Positions 1 to 11,370 of a DNA stretch of 42,278 nucleotides are shown here, in pieces. Below the pieces are notes generated by a model, which was given only the letters and a program-made list of their open reading frames with translations, ran no database searches and was not told where the DNA came from. How positions within the stretch are numbered: position 1 is the first letter of the stretch; every line of letters starts with the position of its first letter. The position numbers and the translations under genes were made by a program. The stretch comes from Octopus bimaculoides (taxonomy: Eukaryota), in NCBI RefSeq assembly GCF_001194135.2, contig NC_068984.1:84175780-84218057 (forward strand). Direction: 5' to 3'.

Positions 1-50
<50 letters not shown>

Positions 51-410
51 AAATGCATATAGTAAGATATATGCATATATACAATGTATATTATACTATT
101 TGCATTCATAATATTTGTATTTACAAAATGTATATGCAAAATGTATATATATATATATATATATACACACACATATATAAATATATACACACATACACAT
201 ACACATACATACACACATACATACACACATACGTATGTACATATATACACACATACATGTATGTATATATGTATATACACACATACATTTATGTACATAC
301 GTATATAGACACATACATACACACATACATATGTATGTATATGTATATACAAACATACACTTGTAAGATATATGCATATATATATATACAAATTGTAAAT
401 GCAAATATAT
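1..410. repeat. (TA)n / (CA)n / (TACA)n compound microsatellite
   Basis: Directly visible. It explains the Y/I/H/T-rich ORFs at 53-412. Confidence 0.95.
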
Positions 411-784
411 AAAATATGAAGAAAATATGAATCCTTACTGCAGTAATTGACGAATACACAATAGAATATTTAGATACTGTCTATAATTGAAAGAATATTT
501 ATACTTAATGTTAGCAATTATAACCATGTTGAATCATCTAAATAAAGATTCCATGCTTGGATGATAAAAGTTGAATTAGCGAAATTACAGGCTTTCACTC
601 TTGACAGGGATTAGGTTTTTCTGTGCATTAATGTTTTTTAATACAAAGTGAATGAAAATTTAATGATTTTTAAGTGTGGGGGGAAAAAATCTAAAATAGT
701 TATAGAGTGTGTGTGTGTTTGTGTGTGTATGTATGAATGAGATTTGGTACATATTTAAATACTGATTTCTAACATTAACACACA

Positions 785-960
785 GGGTCACAAATTTGGG
801 GAAGGGTGGGGTTACTTATTTAAATCGACCCATTGCTCAACCGGTACTTTGTTATATCAACCCCTGAATGATGAAAGGAAAAGTTGACCATGGCAGAATT
901 TGAACACAATGTAAAGAATCATAACCAAATAACCCTTAGACACTTTTTTTAATGATATTC
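785..960 (-). mobile_element. Decayed tRNA-derived SINE (family A)
   Basis: Core cggtacttt...tcaacccctgaatgatgaaaggaaaagttgacc...gaatttgaac recurs at about 17020, 19820, 30240 and 36340. Its reverse complement has a B-box-like GTTCAAATTC. Confidence 0.75.
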
Positions 961-2777
961 TAATAATTCTGCCTTCCCAATGCCCTGGCAAGTATTTTGA
1001 ATATTAAAAAGAGAGGCAAGTCAAATAGTAATAAAATGAGAATATCAGGACAACATCACATAAAAATTGGTCTTTCAGTCAATAGTAAAAAAAAAGGTAC
1101 AAGTATAGTGGAATGTCCAACAGTTCATTGTAGCAAATGTTGCTGTGCTTAAAAGGAAGCAAATGAAATATAGGATTAAATAGCTTCCTCTTGTAACTGC
1201 AGTCTGCCACAATTTGCAAGACAAATAAAAATGAGGGTGGCATACAGCAAAAATGGGCAAGGATAGGGGTGGAAACGGACAAGAATCCCAACTTTTAAAG
1301 AATATAAATATATTTAAGATTTGTTGTAGCAATATGTTGTAGCTATATGAAATAACTAAGTACTCATTAATTTTGTTTCTTTTAACAGGCTGCTATGATT
1401 TGCAAGTCAAAAAAAGACAATAAAACCAAAATAAAGAGATATACAGAAAAGCTGTACACATTTCAATTTTCAAAAGATTTTCTGACAGGCCATTTTTAGC
1501 AGATTTTCTGTGACAAGTCAACATTACTAAGGCATTTAGAAAATTCTCAAATATCTTTGTCCTATCATATTGCTACAATTTGCAGTAATTCTAGTAAGAA
1601 ATGTTTTTTCTGAAATTGAAAATGAACTAATATTCTAGAAGATACAGTAGCTATAACGCTAGGAAGGCAAAGAACTATAATGAATGAGATATACTAAAAA
1701 CTATATATATATAAAAAAAATTTTCTCTATATTTCTGTTTAAGAATACATCAAGTCTTTCTACTTAATACAGTTATGTAATGATTTCATTAAACATAGTT
1801 ATCTTTATGTTAAAATAAATGTATCTAAATTCTGGAAAAAAAAAAATTCTCTGCTCAACCATATTGCAAAAGAAAATTATGGTTTAATCACAGAGTAAAA
1901 TGAATTGTGACAAAGATAGTGTGTAATAGTTTCTCTAAAAACATTTAGATGCTTTAGACAATTCTTTTAAAAATTGGGGATATAAAAAAATAAAACAAAA
2001 CACAGGAGGGATAGAGTGGGAAACATTTTATCACACTGCAAATTGATTGCAGGAGCAGCTTTCCTGCAGATAACTTTAATAAAAAATAACATTGTTGATT
2101 AACAATGCTTTTCATGAATCCAAAAATATAGAATTAATATATATTTCATTATTTTAAAATTCTTGGGTCAATTTTTTTCTCTTTAGAGAAAAAAAATGGT
2201 AATATTCCAATTTAAATTTCATTAAAATAAAAATCAGAGTAAATAATTTCTATTTTAGATTCTCTGTGTAACAAGTATTTACAAATAGTTTCCAAATATT
2301 ATATCACAAAAACTGAAATATTATTCACAGTTCTCCCTGAATTAAGTTGGACAATTTCTGCCAGTAAAAAATATGAAAGGATTAAAAATTATATACAACT
2401 ATTCTTTTGTTTTCTTTTAATGATAAATCATGAAATGGTAATATTTGGACGGATATTGGCAAAATGGAACTGACAAAATGAAAAAAAAAAAAACCCTTAA
2501 TTCAGAGAGATATATCCCAGATCAATACATTAAATACATCTTTTAATGCTTTATAGAATGAGAGTTTGTATATTTCTTTCAAAATTGCTTCCAGTAGTTT
2601 TGAACCAATGAAAATTAAAAGGTTTAAAAGTAATTAAGTAAAGGAATCAAATTGTTCTCTTCCACTGATTAGTGCGTAAAAGATTGAATTTGTCTAAAAT
2701 TGATGATTAAAACTAAAATTTAAGGTTAAGGTAAAATGCATAATTTGTGTAATATATTTAATGCAGATAGCTTGAAA

Positions 2778-3061
2778 NNNNNNNNNNNNNNNNNNNNNNN
2801 NNNNNNNNNNNNNNNNNNNNNNNNNNNNNNNNNNNNNNNNNNNNNNNNNNNNNNNNNNNNNNNNNNNNNNNNNNNNNNNNNNNNNNNNNNNNNNNNNNNN
2901 NNNNNNNNNNNNNNNNNNNNNNNNNNNNNNNNNNNNNNNNNNNNNNNNNNNNNNNNNNNNNNNNNNNNNNNNNNNNNNNNNNNNNNNNNNNNNNNNNNNN
3001 NNNNNNNNNNNNNNNNNNNNNNNNNNNNNNNNNNNNNNNNNNNNNNNNNNNNNNNNNNNNN
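2778..3061. other. Assembly gap (N run); other gaps at 19380-19389, 20899-21353, 30780-30789, 31358-31503
   Basis: Runs of n in the sequence. Confidence 1.
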
Positions 3062-3294
3062 AAATAAAATTTCATAGTTGATGACAGAATTACCAAAATT
3101 GTTTCAAATTAATGGAAAGGGAAACTTAAAAGGTCAATTGAATGTAAGAGAACAAGAGAAATATCTTCATTCAATTAAAATGTCTTTGTTCTTTTTCCGT
3201 CTTACAAATTTAACAATTATCCAATATTTCAAATTATAATTCAATATATAACATTCGATTACATTTATACATCAGAAGGAATTAAAACATCATT

Positions 3295-3329
<35 letters not shown>

Positions 3330-3798
3330 TTCATATCTTCAAGTATCGATGTTTTTTCTGTTTCTTCCTTCTTTTCAAAGTCAGCATTAACAGAAAGAAA
3401 AGATAAATATAATAATTATACCATATGCATTATACTCAAATAACATGCATACACACATACATTCACACATATATATATACATAATTATATATATACACAC
3501 TTACACAGACAAATATACCTATACACACACACACATTATATAATGCATATACAAAAAAGGGAATTGTGAACCAACATAAAAATCTACAATGTGTGTATGT
3601 TATTTTCTTTTGTGTACTGTATTGTGTGAAGATAGTTTGGTTCATCATTCAAATTTACCCTTATTTCAGGTAATAAAAAAAAAATGAAAACAAAAAAAAA
3701 TTCCCAAAAGAGTCCTGTTGACCTTTTACCATTTTCACTATCAGTGAAGGAAAGAAGTCAACATGATTGGCTATCAATTAAACAAACAGTAGTGCTTA

Positions 3799-3950
3799 TT
3801 AAATTGAACCCTCAGCATATACAGCTGATAGCCTGCTACTACACCGGTCGACCACACCCACAGGTAGAAATTGGTTTTCTTCAGTGGTGAGACATGGCAG
3901 GCCAAAGGAATCAAATTCTCGTGAACCAAGTGCTTGTTGATCACCATAAA
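3799..3950 (-). CDS. GLIS3: GLIS3-like terminal coding exon 9 (VYGDQQALGSREFDSFGLPCLTTEENQFLPVGVVDRCSSRLSAVYAEGSI*)
   Basis: Acceptor ttcttacatcttttccttag (phase 1), TAA at 3799-3801. FLPVGVVDRCSSRLSAVYAEG matches the conserved GLIS1/3 C-terminus (human GLIS3 FLQISTVDRCPSQLSSVYTEG, from memory). Confidence 0.93.
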
Positions 3951-4120
3951 CTAAGGAAAAGATGTAAGAATATATAAAATTATATTAAATATACAGAAAA
4001 TGTGAGAGAGATACATATATATAAATATATTGTCAGTAAATCATAAATTTGAATGAGAAGCACACTCTAAGTTATAGAGCAGTGGAGTATTTAGGGAAAG
4101 ATAGTTATGGCTAGTACATA

Positions 4121-4291
4121 GGGTTACCCAGGGTTTTGCATCCATAAAACGCTTAGCTTTATATATATCTCATCAGACCCTAATGACTGGTGGCCTATAA
4201 CCTCTCTTAGGTTACAGGCCACTGGCCATTAGGGTCTGTTGAGACGTATGTAAAGCTAAGCGCTTTATGGATGCGAAACCCCGAGTAACCT
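4121..4291. mobile_element. Palindromic (foldback) MITE-like element with TA flanks
   Basis: 83-bp arms at 4121-4203 and 4209-4291, 5-nt loop, about 13 mismatches (nearly all transitions). TA at 4119-4120 and 4292-4293. Confidence 0.85.
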
Positions 4292-4446
4292 TACAAACTG
4301 GCCATAACTATCTTTCCCTAAATATTTATATATACACATACACATACAAGTACACACATATATACACATACATACATGTATTCATATACACCCTTATAGA
4401 TACACTCATACACACACACATATATGAGGGCAAGTGGGAGGGAAAG

Positions 4447-4483
<37 letters not shown>

Positions 4484-4484
4484 G

Positions 4485-4970
4485 TGTATATTATTACTTA
4501 GGTATCCTAACCAGCAGTGGAGGTGAATGTTCCAAAAGCATAGTTGTTAGAATTAGAATGGGATGGAACAAGTTGAGGGAGCTATTTCCTCCACTGGCTA
4601 CAAAGAGGATTCTCTCTGTGAATGAAGGGCAAATTCTATGATGCTTGTTAATGGAAATGTGATACTGAATGTGATACTGACAGTAAAATATGGATGCTGA
4701 ATGGCATAGAGTGTATGCAGGATTGAAAAAATGAGGTGGGCATGCCCCATTGGATGTATAATGTCAGTGTGCATGAATGATAGAGTAGAAATAAGCTGAG
4801 AGAAAAAGTATGTAGGGAACCAGGTGTAATGTACAAGAGAAGAAGAAACTATAGCGGTAAGGTTATACAGGTATGGGATCTGTATCAAGGTTGAAAACTG
4901 GTCAGATGAGCCAAATGAAAAGAATTTGCAGAAGAAGAAGAGTAAGGAAGACTTGGGAAGAGGTGGAGGA
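4485..4970 (+). mobile_element. Decayed RTE-clade LINE, C-terminal ORF fragment
   Basis: YYLGILTSSGGECSKSIVVRIRMGWNKLRELFPPLATK...KGKFYDAC...RVRKTWEEV resembles the RTE post-RT region. Frameshifted. Confidence 0.85.
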
Positions 4971-5661
4971 AACATCTCAGGGTAGTGAACACACGCACAC
5001 ACACACAGATAGAAGTGGAGAGAGCTTGAAATTTTGGATAAATCTTAGGGGAAAAAGGTCCTTGTGGATTCATATTTCTAGAAAGATCACACTGATGTCT
5101 AATTCATATTTGTTTTTTGATAAAGTAAAATATATAAGTATTGAGAGAGGAAGAAATGTGTGATGTTCATGCCATTCTCAAGGGTATAAGTTACGTCAGG
5201 TAATTGACATAAATAATGCATCAATATTATCTGAACTTTCATCTGAGAGTTATCAAAATTGACTATAAGACTTGCAGGAGTTATTTCCCTTTACAGGTCT
5301 AGCCAGAGAGCTGATAAGTAATTTTAAAAAATATAAATTTTTTCATTGACGATATTTGTTGCGCAATATATCTGACTAACAGACAAGCTCATCACAGCCA
5401 GTTAAGGATTGCACGACTCTACCCTACTCTCAGAGCAATAGTCTGGCACTTCTTTCTATGATGAAAAAGTACAGCGGAAAAAACTAGAAAGACTACAATC
5501 AGGTGTTTTCTTCTCTAATAAGGATTGTAACGGCTGTCAATTAATTCTTGAAACAGAACAGAATTAATCATCTTTACCTTGTTATCGTTACATCTTCAGG
5601 GAAAGAAATACATTCACACACGCACGCACACACATGCACACAAAGTGAATAATATAAACAC

Positions 5662-5880
5662 CTGAATAATTTGAGAAGGCTTTTTGCATATCTTCTAGAG
5701 GAATGGTTGGCATCAATTCTTCAAATGTTGGTATTTGAAGGAAGCTCTTCTGCATGCCATTTGGGAAATTTGTACCCATCTTATAGTTCATTGATGATGC
5801 ACCTGGGTAGAGGGCTGCACCACTAGTCATCCGAGACATGCAAAGGCCATTACTGTTCTCATCATAGTTACCATGGTTAT
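5662..5880 (-). CDS. GLIS3: GLIS3-like coding exon 8 (DNHGNYDENS...SFLQIPTFEELMPTIPLEDMQKAFSNYS)
   Basis: 219 nt, phase 1-1. Acceptor ttttttttccag, weak donor CAG|GTGTTT. IPTFEE...AFSNYS resembles vertebrate VPSFED...AFSTHS (from memory). Phase fits the last exon. Confidence 0.85.
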
Positions 5881-5964
5881 CTGGAAAAAAAAAGGATTGG
5901 ATTTCAAAAATAAAACAAAAACATTTATGATTATTGCATAGAGGAGGTGGCACTAATGTTGTTC

Positions 5965-6247
5965 CAGCTTGAGTTATTTCTGCTGTCCAGAAGTGCAAAG
6001 ATGATCATCACAACTGAATTCACAGTGCACTAGGAGGACAGACTTGACATTTCCCTCCAGCTGAAGAAAGCCAAATACCAAGACTTGGTAGATGTGGTGC
6101 TTGTCAAAGAATGGTATGTAGCCTCATTCTCTTTTGAAGTCAGCTGCAGCAGTTTTCCAGCACTATTTCTTGCAGAAGATTGGTTTGGAACCCAAACAAC
6201 TGAAAAAAGCTGAAACCAACTCAAGGTGGCTATGGCTAACAAGGGAC
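5965..6247 (+). mobile_element. Decayed HERO/NeSL-like non-LTR retrotransposon, restriction-like endonuclease end
   Basis: LFLLSRSAKMIITTEFTVH*EDRLDISLQLKKAKYQDLVD...FEVSC and, after a frameshift, AETNSRWLWLTR. Matches the ELTVPWEE...KKAKYQEL...EVGC...SRWLW pattern. TAG at 6031 sits at the Trp position. Confidence 0.8.
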
Positions 6248-6732
6248 TGCAGATGGAATTTCCTGCTGGTGAAGTCCCAGCTGGTCCTTGCTGTCACCCC
6301 TCAGATAAAACATACAGGCTAAGGGGCAAAATGCTTGTGACCCTGAGATACCCATTTTTTCAACATTTTATAGCTTTAGTCACCACCAGGTGAAGCTTGA
6401 AATATATCTTTGAGAGGAGCAAAGTATCTCTGATGTTTATTTCACCTGCTGGCTTGTATTGTACTGCAGACCATGTAAGGAGATGGACTAAAGAGTAGAG
6501 TGATGGTCACAGTACTGGATTAATCCAATTTTGAGAAGTTATATTGGGGATCAGAACAGGAGTTGTATTAAAGAAGTGTGGACCAAGTATAAAGATGGAT
6601 GAACGTGCTCTTTGAGTGGTTATTTTGGGGACCAGAATGGGAGTGGAACTAAAGGAAAAAAGGACTTGGTACAAAGATATTGATGGCAGTTTAAGGTACC
6701 TAGTTCAAGAGAAAAGTGTACAATCTACTAAC

Positions 6733-6950
6733 CAGCCATGTGTGATCCTTGTAGAAAAGCCATAGGATACATCTGAGAATGTTGGCTGTTGGACTGGTAA
6801 GACAGGTCAGGAGTAAAAGAAGAATTATAGTTGGTTTCAAGTTGTGTGTTAGTAGTTGACTGCATAGCACCAGGTCTTGATGTAATTGATGGTAAAATTT
6901 GTCTTGGACTAACCAGTGAAGAGGTTGGTACAGGAGAAAACCCATTCAAG
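6733..6950 (-). CDS. GLIS3: GLIS3-like coding exon 7 (NLNGFSPVPTSSLVSPRQILPS...QGSHMA)
   Basis: 218 nt, phase 2-1. Long pyrimidine tract ending ttttttag, donor CTG|GTTAGT. Same frame as ORF 6728..6949. Confidence 0.85.
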
Positions 6951-7277
6951 CTAAAAAAGAAAAGAAAAATAATCCCAGTTACATATTATCTAGAAATACA
7001 AGATACATTTACACAAAAATGCATACAAAATTGTATTTGAAATAAAATAATAGAAGTTTAGATAAGTGTTGGGTTGCAACAACGGTTTTCAAAAAAAAAA
7101 AAAAGAAAAAAGAAATTAGGATCAGATGTAAGATGTAGGCATGAATAATATGAATAGAAGTTTACATTGCAACTATGTAGTATCAGGGTTGATCCCACTG
7201 CTCAATATCCTGAACAAGTATCTTCTGCCATAGCCTCTCAGGAGTAGGTGAAAATTGTGCAAAAACCCCATCATATG

Positions 7278-7490
7278 CATCATCATCATCATCATTTTAA
7301 TTCTGCACTCTATGCTGACATGGGTTGCAACATTTAGAGTCAGCATATATTTGGAGGCACTACTCACCTAGATGGGCTTGGAGAATGTATCGCAGTTCTG
7401 TGTTTCATTTTTGCTTTGGTTTCTGTACTTGGATACTCTTTGCAACACCAACCACTTTACACAGTGCTTGGATGTGCATTTTTCATAGTA
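7278..7490 (-). mobile_element. Decayed SINE (family B, (GAT)n tail)
   Basis: catcatcatcatttta...atgctgacatgggttg...ggtttctgtacttggatactc...caaccac aligns with the cleaner copies at 34078 and 35024. Confidence 0.6.
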
Positions 7491-7682
7491 GAGGTAGCCA
7501 TTACAATTTTTTCTTGGTAGAGGTAGCCATTACAATTTTAAGTTTCACATTGTGGCTTTCATCAAATGATGACTAAGAGACAATGTGAAGAATAAAAATA
7601 AATAAAAATGATTCTACCTTACTTCACTGTATTGAGTTTTCTTTAGTTTATCTTCACTAATGTGTAATAATTCTTTTGTTTA

Positions 7683-7717
<35 letters not shown>

Positions 7718-8461
7718 TTATGTATATATCTTTTGCTCATGTATATCAAGAAAATATGTAAATAATTGATAAACTAGTGCTTTTGACAAAAAATAGTCTG
7801 TGATATTTGTATCATCTGAGTTGCACAGAAGCTCTCTTGTCACTGTTAACATTGTAAATAGAGTGAACCTGATTGCAAACTTGTAAGTAACAACACTATT
7901 GTCCACAAAATGGGATATGAAATATAGTTGCCATATTTCATACAAAAAGTAAAACAATATGTTTGAGTATATGAGACTAATCTCAAGACTTATAAATGGG
8001 AAGAATAGGATATTTACTATGAGATATCCTAATTGACTCAGTTACAATTTTTGGCTAATATAGTTTCATTTACTGTTGCAATGTCCTTGGAAAGTTAGAA
8101 GGCATAGATGTAACATTTTTTCCTTCATATATATTAATTCTTTTTTGTTAAGGCTTTGCTAAGTTAAGGAAATATTTTCTTTCAAGTCCAAGTAAGTTGA
8201 GATGGTATTGACAGTAATAAACAGTGGTAGATGTGATTTTTTTTGTAACCATCTAATTTTATATCTCAGGGTTCTGAGTTTATTCCACACTATTTAAAAG
8301 CAAAAACTGTCATTAAAAAGCAACACAAACATTTTAATTAATACTAGTTCCTATCAGATCTTTTTTTTATATATATTTTCTGATGGGGTTGTATTTGGTA
8401 GAAATGCATAATTGATGTGCCCCACCCCTGTACACATAAGCACATAGAATCACTACATTAC

Positions 8462-8594
8462 TTTTCAGTCTGTTCTTCCAAGAAAGGTAAGGTGCTGGTA
8501 CTCAGTGGACTTTCCTGGATTCCTGTGGGAGACTGATGACTAAGATTGGTGCAAGGACCATTTTGACTAGAATGATTGCTGGGGAATCCCAAAC
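8462..8594 (-). CDS. GLIS3: GLIS3-like coding exon 6 (GLGFPSNHSSQNGPCTNLSHQSPTGIQESPLSTSTLPFLEEQTE)
   Basis: 133 nt, phase 1-2, open frame. Acceptor atatttccag, donor AAA|GTAATG. Phases fit both neighbouring exons. Confidence 0.85.
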
Positions 8595-9445
8595 CTGGAA
8601 ATATATACAAGAGAAATAATAATGATTTATTTTATTTTTAAAAATGTATTTTATTTAAAAGGGAAACAATATATATAATAATTATGAGTACTGAGAAAAG
8701 TGAATTATTTTTTTAGAAACTGAAAATCTTCAAATATAATTCAGTACAATGTTTTTCAATTAACATAAATATTATTTAAATAAGCAGAAAACGAGAAATT
8801 TTTATGTTGGGAGGAATGAGTTATATTTATTTTATTTATTTTATCAATAGTGGAAAGGTGAACTATAAAATCTATAAAGTGGACTGCAGTGGGATTTATA
8901 ATTCAGAATGTAGAGGGCAATAACCAATTACCACAAGTTCAGTACTCTAATGATTCTGTCAATCTATCACCCATCACCACCACCACCACTACCACCATGT
9001 TACACTAAATATCCCTGAGAACTACATTAAGGGTGCCTGTTGCATAGTAATTTCACGAGCAGGCTGTTCCATTGATTGGATCAACTGGAACCTTCATCAT
9101 CGCAATTGACAGAATGCCAGTTTATTATTTTTTAAAAAATATACCCAGTCCATGCTATAAAATAGTTGGTGACAGGAAAAAACATCCAACTATCAGTCCA
9201 TACCAAAAAACATTGACATGAAGGTCAAAAGAGATGGCAGCTTTTTTGTTTCTGTGTGCCAAATAATGAAGGACACATGGAGATGGAATGGTTACTGGAG
9301 TTGAACTGGGCGACAGATAAGGACTACCACTCTGAATTATATCTACTACTTGCAGCCTACTGTCCCAGGTACAAATTCCATAGAATTCTTGGATTTAGAT
9401 ATCATTTAAATCTTTTTTGTTGACAAAAGACAGATAAATTGTTAC

Positions 9446-9581
9446 CTTGATAAATGTCATTAGCTGCTCCAGACAAGGTACCATTGACATCTGTTTCCAT
9501 AGAATCTTCTGGACGAAGTGACTGAATTGAAATACAGTCAGTCAGTGTATCAGGAGTGAAGTCATTCTTCCCACTGCGAAT
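9446..9581 (-). CDS. GLIS3: GLIS3-like coding exon 5 (IRSGKNDFTPDTLTDCISIQSLRPEDSMETDVNGTLSGAANDIYQ)
   Basis: 136 nt, phase 0-1. Acceptor tttcattttatccag, donor AAG|GTAACA. PDTLTDCISIQSLRP resembles the post-finger PDLLTDCLTVQSLQP of vertebrate GLIS3 (from memory). Confidence 0.93.
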
Positions 9582-9999
9582 CTGGATAAAATGAAATTTT
9601 TATATTTACATATGCATACATGCATGCATGTATACATTCATCCATCCATCCATAAATACATATACATACTTACATGCATACACACATGCATGCATGCCTA
9701 CATAGACACATATACATATATATACATGCATGAATGCATCGACCCATGCACATATACTTGTATGCATCCATATATACATTCATGCATGCATATATGTATG
9801 GTGGAAGCCAACTCATGACTAAAAAAGACCACTTTCTAAGCTCAGTAAGTTCATACGAATATTCTGAGAGTTCAAGAAGTTCTTGAAGTGCATGAATTTG
9901 TTTTGAGTGAACCCCCTTTTGAGCACAATCAGCTATAACAACAGTGGAACAACAGCATCTGAAACAACCAGTAACCAGTTGCACTTCAGGTTATTTTAT

Positions 10000-10260
10000 G
10001 CCCATGGGCATATGGTGTAGTGGTTAAGAGCACGGGCTACTAACCCCAAGATACCGAGTTCAATTCCAGGCAGTGACCTGAATAATAATAATAATCATAA
10101 TAATCATAATAACATCGAAAAATACCTTAAGGAATGAGAACCCAGGTTCGAAATTTCCCCAAGACACCTGATGAAGGCTGGAGAGTATATCAGCCGAAAC
10201 GTGTTAACAACAAACAAGATGAGGACAAATATCCGTCAAATGTAAATAATGTAAATAATG
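10000..10260 (+). mobile_element. tRNA-headed SINE with hammerhead-like core and (AATAATGTA)-type tail
   Basis: A-box-like TGGTGTAGTGG at 10013-10023 and B-box GAGTTCAATTCC at 10056-10067. CTGATGA-a-GGCTG-loop-CAGCC-GAAA at 10168-10199. Tandem tail aatgtaaataatgtaaataatg. TATTTTAT direct repeats at 9992-9999 and 10261-10268. Confidence 0.75.
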
Positions 10261-10547
10261 TATTTTATACAAGTTTACCTTCACCTATAAAGATGTTCTA
10301 ATGAGAACTAGGGGTCCTTCACTCCCAGTGGTTTACATGCTTGTTAACATAGCTGGAGTCCTAATATATGCTATTACTCTGGGTCAGAATAGACCTGGGA
10401 ACTCTTGTTCCTAGGTCCTCCAAACCCTGGAACTCCTGTACCAAACGCCCACTACTAAATGCAGTTTAAAGTCATACTCCAGACATAATACATATGTACA
10501 AGCATACATACATTCAAACATACATAAAAACACACATACATATATAA

Positions 10548-10625
10548 GGCTTCTCAAAACCAGAAAGGAGAAAGCTGATTCGAAGACTACAGATCCAAGC
10601 CATCATTGGAACTGTAAAAATCTGC
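10548..10625 (+). mobile_element. Short C-terminal relic of a restriction-like-endonuclease LINE
   Basis: GFSKPERRKLIRRLQIQAIIGTVKIC resembles the terminal QKIALLGTAHIL motif seen in the element at 33306. Confidence 0.45.
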
Positions 10626-10894
10626 TGCTGCAGTTCTGCAGTTCCTATACGCAAGCCGCCACTGGTGGTATGGTTATGAAAACAATATACATTTCTACCA
10701 AATATAGATACCGTCTTGGTAAAAATTAAACAAGACTCTATGTTAATGTAACTTAAACAACAGATAAATATTAATAGGGCTAAAGGTATATTATTGCAGA
10801 TCCATCCAATCCATGCCATTAAATCATTTACAATAAAAGCAATAGTGATTAACTCTTTTGGACATGTATTAATTTGATAATTGGTGGAGATGGA

Positions 10895-11186
10895 AATGAT
10901 GACAACAATGGTGACTAAGATACTGATGGTAATAATGATATGATGATGACAATGATGATGACAATGATGATGACGATGATGATGATGATGATGATAATGA
11001 TGAGATAGGAAGAGTGACAGTGTTACTACAAAATAATTTGATGTCATGCTTCAGTTATGGAACAAAATTGAAGAGAAAATCTAATATAGGTACAACATTA
11101 TCTATATTGTTCTTATGACGATGATGATGACAATGATGATGATGATGACAATGATGATGATGATGACAATGATGATGATGATGACA

Positions 11187-11220
<34 letters not shown>
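10895..11220. repeat. Two (GAT/GAC/AAT)n trinucleotide tracts
   Basis: Directly visible. They produce the poly-His ORFs on the minus strand. Confidence 0.95.
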
Positions 11221-11259
11221 GAGATCAGAGAAGTGACAGTTAAAAAATGGAAATCATAC

Positions 11260-11370
11260 CTTCTTCCTCTGCTGCTGATCTTTCTGCGTGTGGTTCTTAA
11301 AATGTTTGCGTAGTGAGCTTGGATCTGTGTAGCGCTTGGTACAGCCAACAACTTGACAAGCATAAGGCCT
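11260..11370 (-). CDS. GLIS3: GLIS3-like coding exon 4: zinc finger 5 plus basic tail ([37 protein letters not shown])
   Basis: 111 nt, phase 0-0. Acceptor catgcag, donor AAG|GTATGA. Confidence 0.98.

Noticed and set aside
53-412. Y/I/H/T- and C/V/M-rich ORFs here and at 9591, 14478, 15031, 18695, 30533-31140 and 31511-31935
   Set aside because: They are translations of (TA)n, (CA)n and (TG)n microsatellites.
676-684. GTGGGGGGA as a GLIS autoregulatory site (also GTGGGGGT at 19561)
   Set aside because: Only partial matches to the GLIS-type G-run consensus, isolated, and expected by chance. No exact GLI site GACCACCCA was seen.
2736-3096. Long ORFs across N runs (also 20786-21442 and 31333-31536)
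   Set aside because: Assembly-gap artefacts.
9670-9984. Candidate exon in ORF 9670..9984
   Set aside because: Phase 0 after its AG hits a stop within 10 codons. The phase-0 exon at 9446-9581 fits and shows GLIS3 similarity.
10006-10078. Possible tRNA gene
   Set aside because: The acceptor and T stems pair poorly and the sequence continues into a retroposon body, so it is a SINE head.
10514-11047. 177-aa hydrophobic ORF with a superficial membrane-protein or GPCR look
   Set aside because: It starts in a (CAT)n poly-His tract, ends in a microsatellite, overlaps an antisense LINE relic, has no GPCR signature motifs, and is not needed in the GLIS exon chain.
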